Source: a virus
Length of the DNA: 64,000 nucleotides
Direction: 5' to 3' (one strand)
Virus record (IMG/VR): IMGVR_UViG_3300047496_000382
Shown: positions 16,501 through 26,920 of the stretch, piece by piece
Layout of the letters: the number at the start of each line of letters is the position of its first letter
How positions within the stretch are numbered: position 1 is the first letter of the stretch
Notes under the pieces: model-generated
The model's input: only the letters and a program-made list of their open reading frames with translations
What the model was told of the DNA's origin: nothing
The model's database searches: none
Made by a program: the position numbers and the translations under genes

Positions 16501-19500
16501 TCAGATGACGAGAGTCAGCCGGATGTAGTTGCACGGGAAGGGGACATCGAGCGTGATGTCGACGAGCACCGTGTCCGGAGCTGACGTGTCCTGGATGAGG
16601 TTGTTCAGGTTCGCCCCGATGATGATGCCAGATTCCGAGAGGAAGCCGAGCAGCCCTTGGATGACGTGCCCGAGCGAATCCAGGAAGCCCTGGGTGATGT
16701 TGAAGCGCCCGATGAAGTTCTTCAGACCGCGCCGCATGAACTTCGCGACGAAGTCGACGACCTTCGTGATGGAGTCGGTGCGTGTCTCGATGGACGTCAT
16801 GTCCGTCGTAAGGGCCATCCGCGAGATGAGCGGCGTGGCCGGCGCATCCTGCACGATGATGTAGTTGCCGCCTGCGGCAACCACGTTGAGCTGGCGCTCG
16901 CTGAACGTGTCGTTCGACCCGATGACACGCGTGAAACCGGTCATCGGGAAGTTGGTGAACGACTGCTGCGGCGGCTGCTGCGAGACCATGCCTGCGATGG
17001 CCGCGTTCAAGTAGAAGCCGTCGATGACCTGCTCGACACCCGAAAGGGTCGCTGCACACTGGTCTGGGAACGTCGACCAGATGCGGCGGTTCAGGTAGCC
17101 CTGCGCCTGCTGCTGGACGGTGAGCGCGATGTTGTCCTTGTCCGGCGTGCCGTCGGGCAGCACGAGGGCTGCGCCACGGATGCGCACGGCGAAGGCCTCT
17201 GCGATGAGCGGCTCAGGAAGCGCGACCGTCGCGTAGTACGCGTCGTCGTTCTCTCCTGGCTGGAAGCCGGAGGTCTGGACCGTAACGACCGAGTCCGTGA
17301 TGTCGCTAATGCTGTATTTGCTGCCGTTGCCGATGTCGAGGTAGACCCCATCGGATACGACGAGCGGACCAGGCGTCACCCCTTGGGCGAGCAAGAGCGC
17401 GCCGAGGTTCGCGACGCCTGTATCGAAGACGTTGGGCGACGGCGTCGAGTTGCCGTTGACGCCCGACGCAACGAGCGTGTCGATTTTCGACGTCGGCACT
17501 GACGGGTTGATGAGGACGATGCGCTCGCCTTTGTTCTCCGGCGAGCTCATTACCGTGACGTGCGTGCCGAAGACCTGGAAGACGCTCGGGTCGTGGGTCA
17601 GCGGCGCAATGGCGTAGACCTCGTAGCCCTCGAGGAACGTCGCAGCGCGTGTGTATGCCGCGATGGTGCCATCCGGGTAGCCGGAGTTCTGCTCGTCGAC
17701 GCCGAGACCCGTGACGTTCGTGTTCGGTGCATTGAGCAGCGCGAAGTAGAGGCCCAGGCCCAGAGGGTTGTCGACGGTGAGCGGTGCCAAGACCGACTCG
17801 AGCGTCGTCGTGTCGCTGAAGTTCAAGAGCGCTGGGCTCTTCGCCTTCGCCGTCACGTCCAGGCGGAGTGCGCGGTAAGCGACGTAGATTTGGCACTTCA
17901 CCGAGGCGACGTTGCCCTGGTAGTCGTGGATGATTTCCGGCTTGATGAGCAGATTGGCCGAGGCATCGACCGTGAGGTTTGGCGTCGGACGCGTCACACC
18001 GCTGCTGGGTGCCGTGGCCGAAAGACCCTTCGCTGTGATGTAGAACGACCCGCCGAGGTTCGCCTGGATGGGGACTTGTCGGTCGAGCTTGAGCTGGTTG
18101 GCATTCCCGCCCGGCGCCACCTTCGTGATAACGCCGAGGAGAACGCCATCGATGAAGATGTAGTCACCCGGGAGCGGCGCGTAGGGCGCGCCTCGCGTGA
18201 TGCCGGCCGTGAGCCCCAGAGTCGCCATCGCCGTACCGCCGACCACCTGAACGATGGACTCGACGCCGAGCTTGGTGTTCGTGAGCGCGAGCGCGCCTAC
18301 CGAGAGTGCCGCCACGAGCTCCCCGCCTCCGGTCGCACCGAAGAGCGAGTTGAGCTGGGTGAGGACGAGCGCGGGCGATGTCGCGCCCACGAACGTCCAG
18401 GTCTGCACACCGGTGCCGTCGTCGAGCTCGAGGGTCTCGCCATCCGGAACACCACCACCCGGAATGGGCACGGTGCCGATGACTTGCGCCGACGTCGGGG
18501 CCGCCGTGAAGTTCTGCCCAGGGCACTGGATGAGTGGCGTCTGCTGGGTGCCGTTGCCCGCGTCGATGGCTGCGGCAGCCGTCACGCCAACCGTCGTCCC
18601 GGGGGTCAACCCGAGGCCCACGTTCGCCGTACCTGCGCCGATGAGGATGGACGCCGTCGGTCCGTTCAAGAGCGTCGTGAGTACGAGCTCGTTGCTGCCA
18701 TTCTCCGTCGGCGTCAGCACCGTGCCCGTGACTGCCGCGATTTGCGACAGAATGTCAGCAGGACTCGCGGGCGCCGCGAAGGTGACCGTCAGCGGCGTAC
18801 CCGCCCCGTTCACCGTCACGATGACCGTTTCACCATCGACCGTACCGCCCGGACCGTAGACGAGCGTGGTGAGGTCCACGCTGCCCGTAGCGACCGCAGG
18901 TGTCGCAAGTCCGTTGCGGAGGAACGACTCGGTCTGCAGGAGCTCCTGCAGGCTTGAGCCCGTGCCGCCCAAGAAGAAGAACGCGCGGACGGTGCTCGGG
19001 TCGATGACCAGCTGCGCGATGTTGTTGTTCGGGTCGGGGAAGCTCGTCGTCGCCACCGCCGTCTGGCGCTGGGCGTAGTAGCTCTCGCCGGCGTAGACGC
19101 GGTTGGGTCCGAAGCCGAACGCCGCGAGGACCGCTGGCGCTGACGTCGGGAGGACTTCAATGGTCTGGAACTCATTCTCTCCGTACGAGCGAATGCGCCA
19201 CTGCGTAGTGCCGATGCTCTCTACGGTGAACGCGGTGATGCCCGCGCTCGTGAATGCCTTGGCGACTTGTGCGACGACCTGCGCTGGCGACAGCACGTTG
19301 CCGACGAACGCGACCGAAAGGGCCGGACCGTTATTCAGAGAGAGGTCGAGATTCAAACCGTCGAGGCCCCCGTAGATGGGCGGGGTGCCCGGAGCCGCAG
19401 CTGCGAGCGCGATGGCCGCGAGCGACACCAATGCTTGCGCGTTCAGCACGCCACCGGGGAGGACATCCACGACCTGACGGCACACGCCGACGACGCTGGC

Positions 19501-19587
19501 GACCAGCGTAGGAGTGATGACCGTGGGGGTCACCGTCCTGAAGACTTGGATTACCTCAACCCCAGGACGGGGAAGTTCAGCCGCCAT
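16501..19587 (-). CDS. contractile tail sheath protein, 1028 aa
   Basis: N-terminal RPGVEVIQ; C-terminal sheath-like domain (LTTDMTSIETRTDSITKVVDFVAKFMRRGLKNFIG...PFPCNYIRLTL). Confidence 0.85.
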   Translation of the reverse strand: MAAELPRPGVEVIQVFRTVTPTVITPTLVASVVGVCRQVVDVLPGGVLNAQALVSLAAIALAAAAPGTPPIYGGLDGLNLDLSLNNGPALSVAFVGNVLSPAQVVAQVAKAFTSAGITAFTVESIGTTQWRIRSYGENEFQTIEVLPTSAPAVLAAFGFGPNRVYAGESYYAQRQTAVATTSFPDPNNNIAQLVIDPSTVRAFFFLGGTGSSLQELLQTESFLRNGLATPAVATGSVDLTTLVYGPGGTVDGETVIVTVNGAGTPLTVTFAAPASPADILSQIAAVTGTVLTPTENGSNELVLTTLLNGPTASILIGAGTANVGLGLTPGTTVGVTAAAAIDAGNGTQQTPLIQCPGQNFTAAPTSAQVIGTVPIPGGGVPDGETLELDDGTGVQTWTFVGATSPALVLTQLNSLFGATGGGELVAALSVGALALTNTKLGVESIVQVVGGTAMATLGLTAGITRGAPYAPLPGDYIFIDGVLLGVITKVAPGGNANQLKLDRQVPIQANLGGSFYITAKGLSATAPSSGVTRPTPNLTVDASANLLIKPEIIHDYQGNVASVKCQIYVAYRALRLDVTAKAKSPALLNFSDTTTLESVLAPLTVDNPLGLGLYFALLNAPNTNVTGLGVDEQNSGYPDGTIAAYTRAATFLEGYEVYAIAPLTHDPSVFQVFGTHVTVMSSPENKGERIVLINPSVPTSKIDTLVASGVNGNSTPSPNVFDTGVANLGALLLAQGVTPGPLVVSDGVYLDIGNGSKYSISDITDSVVTVQTSGFQPGENDDAYYATVALPEPLIAEAFAVRIRGAALVLPDGTPDKDNIALTVQQQAQGYLNRRIWSTFPDQCAATLSGVEQVIDGFYLNAAIAGMVSQQPPQQSFTNFPMTGFTRVIGSNDTFSERQLNVVAAGGNYIIVQDAPATPLISRMALTTDMTSIETRTDSITKVVDFVAKFMRRGLKNFIGRFNITQGFLDSLGHVIQGLLGFLSESGIIIGANLNNLIQDTSAPDTVLVDITLDVPFPCNYIRLTLVI

Positions 19588-19602
19588 ACGAGGCTCCTTT
19601 CA

Positions 19603-20574
19603 TCACACCTTGACCACTCGCGGGTCGGTAGCTTGCGAGTCCTGTTGGACCTCGCAGGATTCTTCCACAGGGCCTGGCTGAATGGGAATAGGACGTCCCC
19701 CCATCGCAGGCGGCTTCAACGCAGGAGAATTTGGTCTTGCCGCGCGTACGACGACACGGACAGCAGGGTTCAGAGGATGCGGAACGGTAGGCAGACTGGG
19801 TGGAAGAGCGCCAGGCTGCGGAGTGTTTCCGTAGAAGTCACTGGCATCGGGGAAGAGCGGCGGAGGAGCAGTACTTGTAACCTCCCAAGGCGGGTCAACA
19901 CCAGCGCTCGCAGCCGCACCACCATAGCGACGTAGGTGTGCAATCCGCGAACGGATGCTGAGTGTGATGTCCTGCAGCACCTGCTGGTTGAGCGGCGTAC
20001 GCTTCGACGTGCGTACGAATTGAAAAGGACACGCGACCGTCGTCGCGTACCACTCATCTCCCAAATCTGCCTGCACGAGAGACCCCGCGGGTGATGGCGA
20101 CCCGAGAATGGGCTCACGACCAATCTCGAAGAAGCCCTCCTTCATCAGAAGCTCGCGATGAAGCCAAAGCTCCTCGGCGACAATCCACGCGAGGCGGTCG
20201 CACTCGAGAGGCACACGCGAGCAGCAGTTCACGGACATCGTGCCCGGAACGAGCACGGACTTTGTGCGCGAGTCGGTGCGCACATCACGGTCCATGAGGT
20301 CACCGAGCCCGATGGTGTAGAACTTCATCGGACCGCGCGTGATGGTGATGGCTGGGCGCTGGCCGACGCTCTCTGCCTTGATGGGATTCTCGTCCGACAC
20401 GACGAGCTCCGAGTCCGGGTCCATCGACCAGTGGTACGCGCCCACGGGCGATGCCGCGAACAGCCCCTGGATAAACGCGACGTAGAGCGTGCGGATGTGC
20501 TCTAGCGGCGAGTCCCGGAAGTTATCTTCCGGGTGGGCTCCCTGCGGCGTTGTCTGCGGGACTTTGGACGACAC
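19603..20574 (-). CDS. putative tail terminator/neck protein
   Basis: Position between neck gene and sheath; RPAITITRG motif. Confidence 0.5.
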   Translation of the reverse strand: MSSKVPQTTPQGAHPEDNFRDSPLEHIRTLYVAFIQGLFAASPVGAYHWSMDPDSELVVSDENPIKAESVGQRPAITITRGPMKFYTIGLGDLMDRDVRTDSRTKSVLVPGTMSVNCCSRVPLECDRLAWIVAEELWLHRELLMKEGFFEIGREPILGSPSPAGSLVQADLGDEWYATTVACPFQFVRTSKRTPLNQQVLQDITLSIRSRIAHLRRYGGAAASAGVDPPWEVTSTAPPPLFPDASDFYGNTPQPGALPPSLPTVPHPLNPAVRVVVRAARPNSPALKPPAMGGRPIPIQPGPVEESCEVQQDSQATDPRVVKV

Positions 20575-20875
20575 GCTTCATCTCCTCGAGCTCGCGGGCC
20601 TTGGCCATGTTGTACAGGAGTCCGAGTCCACCGCCGAGCACGGGCAGCGCCGCCATCAAGTAGGGGTACGGAATGTCCGTGCCGTTGATGTGGTTGTAGG
20701 CCTTGTTGGCGAGGTGCGCTCCGCCCGCACCCGCCAGCGTACCAGTCGCAAGACCGAGTGCTCCTGTGCCCATGACCTTGAGCTTGCGCTTCCAGTCGTT
20801 CTCGTCTGCGGCGAGCTTGCAGATGCTCTTCGCGTCATCGAACGAGAGATAGTCGACCAACGAAGGAGTGTTCAT
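20522..20875 (-). CDS. small KxA / Gly-zipper membrane-like protein
   Basis: TGATG coupling at 20875; CKLAA; two Gly-rich hydrophobic helices. Confidence 0.55.
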   Translation of the reverse strand: MNTPSLVDYLSFDDAKSICKLAADENDWKRKLKVMGTGALGLATGTLAGAGGAHLANKAYNHINGTDIPYPYLMAALPVLGGGLGLLYNMAKARELEEMKRVVQSPADNAAGSPPGR

Positions 20876-21768
20876 CAGCGCCCCGCTTTCAGATAGAGGG
20901 AGAAAATACGCGGAGCAGTCTCCGCCATGAACTCCTCGAGGTTCTGTGGGTTGGAGTAGTTCCGTTGAGGGTTCAGCCACAAGTCGCGGAGCGCGCCCGA
21001 GAGCTTGAGCTCGATGCTGAACTCGATGTCACGCGGGGGAATCTCATGCAGCTGCACCTCCTGGTGCACTGTCGCGCGCCCCTGCTCCGTCTGATTCACC
21101 TGCACCACACGCCAGCGACGGTTCTCCGGTTCGACGATGACGTCGCGCGGCTTGAGAGGCGGGAAGTACGCCAAACGCGCAGTCGTGTTCGACTGCTGCA
21201 TCGCCCCAACGTTGGTGTTCTGTTCCGTCTTCGGTGAAGGGTCGAACTGCATCCACGATTCGATGGGCAGCAGGTATCCGCGGATGAAGCCCGTGTCGTA
21301 GCAAGCTCGGCAACCGGACTGCCGGCGTTGTGCGAGCTTAGGATTCCAACAGCTACAACGCTGCCCGAACGTGCGCGCCGGAAGCACCCAACACATGCGC
21401 CCCGCGAACTCGCGGAAGAGCAGCTGCATGTGTCGCCGGAGCTCGAGGGCGATGAGGTCAGGGTCTGGGTCGTTCGAAACCGGCAGGCTGTCGACGAATT
21501 CACCCGACGGCATATGCGTGGTGCGTACGACGTAGAAGTACTTGCGCCAGCGACTGGTCGCCAGAATCACGTTGTCAACGAAGACGTAGTTGTCCGTGAA
21601 CGCCAGACTCAACGGCACGAACGGCCCGCTCGGGCCCTCACTGCGAAGGACCTGGAAAGTGTAGTCGAGCACGTCCTCCGACGTGTCCTCGAGCTTCCAC
21701 GACACCTCGTGGAAGGACAGGTCGAGCGACCTGACCCGCAGCTCCTTCAGCGTGATGAGGACGGGCAC
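20875..21768 (-). CDS. putative neck/head-closure protein with Zn motif
   Basis: GQRCSCW...CRACYDTGFIRGY; C-terminal KPRDVIVEPENRRWRVVQV resembles head-closure proteins. Confidence 0.55.
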   Translation of the reverse strand: MPVLITLKELRVRSLDLSFHEVSWKLEDTSEDVLDYTFQVLRSEGPSGPFVPLSLAFTDNYVFVDNVILATSRWRKYFYVVRTTHMPSGEFVDSLPVSNDPDPDLIALELRRHMQLLFREFAGRMCWVLPARTFGQRCSCWNPKLAQRRQSGCRACYDTGFIRGYLLPIESWMQFDPSPKTEQNTNVGAMQQSNTTARLAYFPPLKPRDVIVEPENRRWRVVQVNQTEQGRATVHQEVQLHEIPPRDIEFSIELKLSGALRDLWLNPQRNYSNPQNLEEFMAETAPRIFSLYLKAGR

Positions 21769-21774
21769 GAGTCC

Positions 21775-23136
21775 TCACAGCACGTAGGGCTGGCCCGTCG
21801 GCAGCGTGATAGGTGCCAGCGTTTGTGCGCGCGGCGAGACTCCTGGAGTTCCCGACGACGCCCCCGCCGGTGTGGGACCGCCAACACGCTGCCGAATCTT
21901 GTCGACGATACTGGAGGCCTGGTCCTTGAGCCCGCCGGCATAACGTCCGGCCGCCTCACCGAGCGTTGTGTTGCCCTTCCAGACGCCGCCCATCTGGCTG
22001 GCGATGCCCTGGCTGGCGTGACCTGCTGCCGCCCCCAGCGCACCACCCGCGAGCGCGCCACCGAGTCGATTGCCCGGACCACCAGCAGCGGCGCCGCCCA
22101 GTGCGCCGACGCCAGCACCGACCGCAGTGCTCGCGGCAGAAGGATGCGCGGCCGCGAAGCCGAGCGCCTTGGTGCCGAGGCCCTTCGCCATCTGAAGCGC
22201 ACCGCCCATGTCGAACGCGGACTTGGCGAGCAGTGCGCCCGCCACCTGCGCAGTCTTCTGGAGGTCCGCGGCGTGCGCGGCCTTCTGCGCGTCTTGTCGT
22301 GCAAGTGAACGTCCGAGCTCGTCAGCGAAGGCCATCTTCTCCTCGGGCGCGTCGTACTTCTTCGTCGCGGACAAGTAGCCCCGGCGCGCGCCGAACGCGG
22401 CACCGAGACCCGCACCGAGCAGACCATTGCCGCCCATGATGCCGTGCGCGGCACTGCCGAGCAGACCTCCCGCAAGACCACCACCAGCAGTACCCAACAA
22501 GCCGCGCACACCGCCTGAAAGCGGTGTACCGTGCTCCTCACCTTTCATCGCGCCACCGACACCACCGGCAGCGAGCGCGCCAAGAATGGCGAGCTCTGCA
22601 GGTGCCAGCGGTGCCGCAGACTTCGCAACGCCACCGCCGAGACCCTGGGAATTGTCCTGCACACCCTCCGCAGGAACATCGCCCGGCGCACCGGCACCCT
22701 GTGCGCCCTGTCCCGGAACCGGCGCAGCGGGTACTGCGGCAACCGGCGACCCGGACATCCCGTTCTCGAGGCGCGCGAGCTCGAGCTCGAGGAGCTTCTT
22801 CTTCAGCCGGATGCTGCTGCGTCGGTCGTAGAGGTTGTCGTCGTCCTTGTTGGTGAGCTTGCGCTCCTCGCGACGTTGCTGGTCCAGCATCTCGGCCTGG
22901 ACCTCCTCCTGCTCGAGGGCGAGCGCCTGCTCGAAAAGCTGCGTGCCCTTGAAGCGGTCGAGGAACTTCCCGTCATCGTCGATGTACGAGAGCTTCGTGG
23001 CTGCCGCGAAGTCGCCATTCTGCGCGAGCTGGTAGAGCGTGAGCGCATCGAGCTTCTTCAAGTCCTCGATGAACGCCGCCTCCTTCGCTTGGAGCTCGTT
23101 GCGCGCGTAGCCAACCTTCAGGAACAAATCGAGCAT
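21775..23136 (-). CDS. putative internal virion protein with KxA motifs and Gly zippers
   Basis: AKSAA, EKMAF, QKAAH, QKTAQ, AKSAF; repeated GxxxGxxxG segments. Confidence 0.6.
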   Translation of the reverse strand: MLDLFLKVGYARNELQAKEAAFIEDLKKLDALTLYQLAQNGDFAAATKLSYIDDDGKFLDRFKGTQLFEQALALEQEEVQAEMLDQQRREERKLTNKDDDNLYDRRSSIRLKKKLLELELARLENGMSGSPVAAVPAAPVPGQGAQGAGAPGDVPAEGVQDNSQGLGGGVAKSAAPLAPAELAILGALAAGGVGGAMKGEEHGTPLSGGVRGLLGTAGGGLAGGLLGSAAHGIMGGNGLLGAGLGAAFGARRGYLSATKKYDAPEEKMAFADELGRSLARQDAQKAAHAADLQKTAQVAGALLAKSAFDMGGALQMAKGLGTKALGFAAAHPSAASTAVGAGVGALGGAAAGGPGNRLGGALAGGALGAAAGHASQGIASQMGGVWKGNTTLGEAAGRYAGGLKDQASSIVDKIRQRVGGPTPAGASSGTPGVSPRAQTLAPITLPTGQPYVL

Positions 23137-23145
23137 GACGGACTC

Positions 23146-24729
23146 CTACGCCGCGTGCTTGTTGGCGAGCGTGTTGAAGATGTTCTTCGCAGAGGTAGAG
23201 ATGTCGCGAAGCAGCGGTGCGGCAGCAGCGCCGGTGAGTGCCCCGGTGGTTGCACCGAACCCCGCCGCCTGGAGCGGGTGCCGATGCGCGTAGTCGCCGA
23301 GCTCGAGGCGCACGCGCGTCTGTGCCCTGTTCAGCGCGTGGCCGACGCCCTTGTCACCTTCGGCATCGAGCTTGGTGAGCTTGTCGCGGAGCTTGGTGTT
23401 GTCCCCGTGTGCGTGCGCGTACTCCGCGCCGCCGCCGAGAAGCGCACCGGCCGCAGCGTAGGGCAGACGCGTGAGGAGCTCGTGGCCGTGTTGAAATGCG
23501 ATGTCACGCAGGGAGGCGCACTTCGAGTCGGAGAAAGGGAGTGCTGAGGCCAGCGACTCCTTTCCCGGAGAACGCGCGTTCTGCGGCTCCGATTGACCGA
23601 CCTGCACGCTGTTCTGCGCCGTCGCCCCAATCGTGGGCTCGGTCGCCTGCGCGTTCTGCGCAGTGGAGGTACTGCCTTCTGGAGGTGCGGCGCCTGGCGC
23701 CGAGGGCGTCTGCGGTGCGGCGTCTGCTGCTCCCAGGGTAGGGGACGGCGCCGAGTTCGGTGCCGCCGCCTGGCTTGCCATCGCGAGCGCAGATTCGGTG
23801 CCCGTCAGCGCTGGCGGGTCTGCTGAAGCCGCCTGGAGGATGGTTCCCCGCAGCTGCTGGTAGGACATCCGCATCGCTGCCGCAGCCTGCTGTTGCTGCA
23901 GCACCTGGTCCTGCGCCGTCATCGCGTTCTGCAAGGCATTGCCGACCTGCGCGCGGTACTGGTCCATCTGCGCCGCGTTCGCAGTGTTCTGTTGTTCGAG
24001 CTGCGTCGCTTGCTCTTGCGCCTGCTGCGCAGCTTCTTGAGCAGCGCTGCTCTCAGCACGCGTCTTGTCGAGGAGCTGGCGGAGGTACTGGGACTGTCCC
24101 TGCTCCTCCGCTGCCGCGGCCGCGCCCTCGGCTTGGATGTACTGCTGCGTCGCCGGGTCGAGGGCTGGCGCGAGACCGAGCGCCTGCTTCACGAGGTCGG
24201 CGGTGCTTGCCGTCTTGTGGTGGCGCGCGCGGTCGTGCGCCGCGCCAGCCTCGCGTCCTGCGTGTCCGCCCATGTGCTCGCCGAGCGCGATGCCTCCGAG
24301 CGTGGCCATCGGGTTCTTTGCGCCGTAGCGATGCATCCCGATACCACCCACAAGGCCGCCCAGGAGACGACCGGCGATGTCACCGTGCCGCTCGCTCTTG
24401 TGCGCCTTCTCCTTCTCGAACTCGGCACTGAGCGACGCGTGCGCGCGCTCACGCCCGACCTCTTCCGGGTCGCGCGGCGTCGCGGCGGAGACCTTGTTCT
24501 GTCCCATCGCCGTTGCCGGCAACTGAACAGGCGGAGGAGCCGCCATCGTCTTCCCCATCGCTGCCTGCGGGAGCGGCGGAGGAGAGCCCACCCCCATCTC
24601 GGCGACCTTGCGCTTCGCCTCGGCCAATGCCTCGGGGTGCGCGCTGGCGCGCTTGATGTTGATGAAGAACGCCGCGGCGTCAGCCGACGGGATGCCACGA
24701 AGCAGCTTGTCTTCGAACGACATGGTCAT
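23146..24729 (-). CDS. putative internal virion protein with Gln/Ala coiled coil, KxA motifs and Gly zippers
   Basis: TGATG coupling at 24729; IKRAS, HKTAS, VKQAL, SKCAS; QQQQAAAA tract. Confidence 0.6.
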   Translation of the reverse strand: MTMSFEDKLLRGIPSADAAAFFINIKRASAHPEALAEAKRKVAEMGVGSPPPLPQAAMGKTMAAPPPVQLPATAMGQNKVSAATPRDPEEVGRERAHASLSAEFEKEKAHKSERHGDIAGRLLGGLVGGIGMHRYGAKNPMATLGGIALGEHMGGHAGREAGAAHDRARHHKTASTADLVKQALGLAPALDPATQQYIQAEGAAAAAEEQGQSQYLRQLLDKTRAESSAAQEAAQQAQEQATQLEQQNTANAAQMDQYRAQVGNALQNAMTAQDQVLQQQQAAAAMRMSYQQLRGTILQAASADPPALTGTESALAMASQAAAPNSAPSPTLGAADAAPQTPSAPGAAPPEGSTSTAQNAQATEPTIGATAQNSVQVGQSEPQNARSPGKESLASALPFSDSKCASLRDIAFQHGHELLTRLPYAAAGALLGGGAEYAHAHGDNTKLRDKLTKLDAEGDKGVGHALNRAQTRVRLELGDYAHRHPLQAAGFGATTGALTGAAAAPLLRDISTSAKNIFNTLANKHAA

Positions 24730-25235
24730 CACTCCCAGGTGAGCACGGTGTGCATGTTCTCGCTCAGAGAGTACGCCCACGTCCAGCAGGGAGCTGCGTT
24801 GCTCACCGCAGAGGGCGTGTAGAGCTTACCGACTTGCGTATCTGTGGCGCCGTTTCCGAAGCCAAGGATGCCGCGCGCGTCGGTCCCCGCCACGGTCGCA
24901 TTCACGAGCGTGACGCCGTGGTTCGGGGTCGTCTCGATGAAGACCAGACGCCCTTCCCAGCTGGTGACCAGGAGCCCCGCAACCGCGCCCATCAACTGGG
25001 CCTGAATGTCGCTGAAGAGCAACGTGTTGGGGTCGGGATTCGAGCCCGACGACGCGATGAACGTGTACTCGACCGCCGTGGGCTGCGTGAACTTCAGACT
25101 CTTGCCGACGAGTCCGACAAGACCAACCGAGATGCTCCCAACACTCTTCTGCAACGAGCCGCCGATGAGACCTCCATTGAGGAAGGTCTGCATCTCGAAG
25201 AGCTCGCGGAACTTGTAGGCTTTGTTTTTGGCCAT
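24729..25235 (-). CDS. putative structural protein
   Basis: Operon position; GAGG ribosome-binding site. Confidence 0.55.
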   Translation of the reverse strand: MAKNKAYKFRELFEMQTFLNGGLIGGSLQKSVGSISVGLVGLVGKSLKFTQPTAVEYTFIASSGSNPDPNTLLFSDIQAQLMGAVAGLLVTSWEGRLVFIETTPNHGVTLVNATVAGTDARGILGFGNGATDTQVGKLYTPSAVSNAAPCWTWAYSLSENMHTVLTWE

Positions 25236-25242
25236 GGTGCCC

Positions 25243-25746
25243 TCAATAGGCGGCGTACGTGGCGTTGACGGCCCAGAGCTCGGAGTGCACGCCCTGGTTG
25301 CTCGGTCCGAGGATACCCTCGATGTTGAGCGCGACCTTGACCTTCATCTTCATCTGCTCCGTGAAGGAGCGAAAGAGCTGGAGCCAATTCATCAACATGG
25401 GCGTCTTGTCGTTGACGCCGACGTTGATGCCCCCGTTCGAGTAGTTGATGTGATTGCGCGTCTGGAGAAGCGCGACCGACTCGATGAGGGAGATGGTCGT
25501 CATGCGCAGGAGCAACGCCTGTTGGTCACGCGCCAGAAGACCCTCGAGGCTGTAGCGTCCGATGAATGGAGGCGTACCGTTGAAGTCGGAGAGCGCGTCG
25601 AGAACAGCCCACGCAATCTGCCTGTCGCTGGACTCAACGCCGCTGACGATGCGATTCAACTCCGGAAAATCCCGGTGATAAAGCCGCACCATCTGGACGA
25701 AGTCCCGGAAGGCATCGGTCATCCCCGGGATTCCCTGAAGCGACAC
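25243..25746 (-). CDS. putative head-tail adaptor
   Basis: Size, helical composition and position downstream of the capsid gene. Confidence 0.5.
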   Translation of the reverse strand: MSLQGIPGMTDAFRDFVQMVRLYHRDFPELNRIVSGVESSDRQIAWAVLDALSDFNGTPPFIGRYSLEGLLARDQQALLLRMTTISLIESVALLQTRNHINYSNGGINVGVNDKTPMLMNWLQLFRSFTEQMKMKVKVALNIEGILGPSNQGVHSELWAVNATYAAY

Positions 25747-25749
25747 TGG

Positions 25750-26166
25750 TCAGCTCTCTTTCACCGGTGCGGGTGCCGGCTCAGGTGCCTTGGCTGCCGC
25801 AGGTGCTGGAGCAGCTGCTGGAATGGCGGCCGGCTTCGCCTTGGCCGCAACCTCTGCAGCCTTGACCGGAGCCGCCGGAGTTGCCGCTGCCACCTTGCTG
25901 GCCCTAGCAGTGACGTACGCCGCGGGCAGCTGGTTGACGGCAAGCGCGCCAAGCGTGACGAGCTTCTGGAGACCGCCCAGAAGGCGCTTGAGGTCTTCGT
26001 CCGGAATCGCCCCCGAGGCTCCCGGCGGCAAGAGCTTCGGTCCAACGGCGATGGTAATGCCGACCATTCCCCGCTGCTTGAGCGCCGGCGTCGAGACGTC
26101 GGTCATGTTGTAGACAGTGGTCGTCTTCGGCGCAGGGGCCTGCTTCGGTGCGGGTGTCGTGCTCAT
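25750..26166 (-). CDS. hypothetical protein with Ala/Pro/Lys tail
   Basis: ATGA coupling to the upstream gene. Confidence 0.55.
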   Translation of the reverse strand: MSTTPAPKQAPAPKTTTVYNMTDVSTPALKQRGMVGITIAVGPKLLPPGASGAIPDEDLKRLLGGLQKLVTLGALAVNQLPAAYVTARASKVAAATPAAPVKAAEVAAKAKPAAIPAAAPAPAAAKAPEPAPAPVKES

Positions 26167-26909
26167 CGGCGCCTCTTGCTGTGACGCGACTCCTGTCGCG
26201 CCGGCTGGTGTTGGACGGCCTTGGTTTGCGGTGCGGGCATCGCGTTGATGACCTCTTCCTCTGCGGTCTCAGCGTTGTCTTCGACGGGTGCGTCGCTGCT
26301 CTCGGCTTCAGCTTGCGCAAGCGCGGCCTCGAGGTCGCTGTCGTTGTCTTCAACGGGTTCGAGGTCCTCCCCTGGTGCGTCCAGCAGGTCGACGCTGACG
26401 GGGGTCGCAGCCTTCTCTTCAACGACGGGCGGAGCCGGCGGCGCCTGCTTGGCCACCACAGCCAACTCCGCAGCGATGTCCGCCGCCTCTTCTTGTGCAC
26501 GGATGGTGAGAAGCGTCGGAGTCTGTCCGTCCGGCAGAATGGCAGCCGGGAGGGTGGACTGGTCTTCGCCCATGTCCGGCTCCATCGGCACACCCCACGG
26601 CTTGTCGCGCGCGGCCGAGTCCGGAAGCGGATGCGGTCGGAGCGGCGCCGGCATCTTCGGCGCTGCGACGAGCGTCCGAAGGTCGACGACCTGCCCGTCC
26701 GTCGTACGAACCTCGAGCGCGTGCGCAGCGACCTTTGCCCTGAGCGCGTCCAGGTTCGCAATGACCACGGACTCATCCACGATGCGCGCACGTGCGGGAA
26801 GAATCCGCGCGCCAGCAATGTGCTGCTTCTTATTGACCTTTGTCGGAAGCGCGCGCCGCTCAAAGCGGTTCTTCTTCTCGCGCGAGACGTTGTGAATCGC
26901 GTACAGCAT
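26163..26909 (-). CDS. hypothetical protein with acidic low-complexity C-terminus
   Basis: GGAGG before ATG 26909. Confidence 0.6.
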   Translation of the reverse strand: MLYAIHNVSREKKNRFERRALPTKVNKKQHIAGARILPARARIVDESVVIANLDALRAKVAAHALEVRTTDGQVVDLRTLVAAPKMPAPLRPHPLPDSAARDKPWGVPMEPDMGEDQSTLPAAILPDGQTPTLLTIRAQEEAADIAAELAVVAKQAPPAPPVVEEKAATPVSVDLLDAPGEDLEPVEDNDSDLEAALAQAEAESSDAPVEDNAETAEEEVINAMPAPQTKAVQHQPARQESRHSKRRR

Positions 26910-26920
26910 CGGCACCCTCC

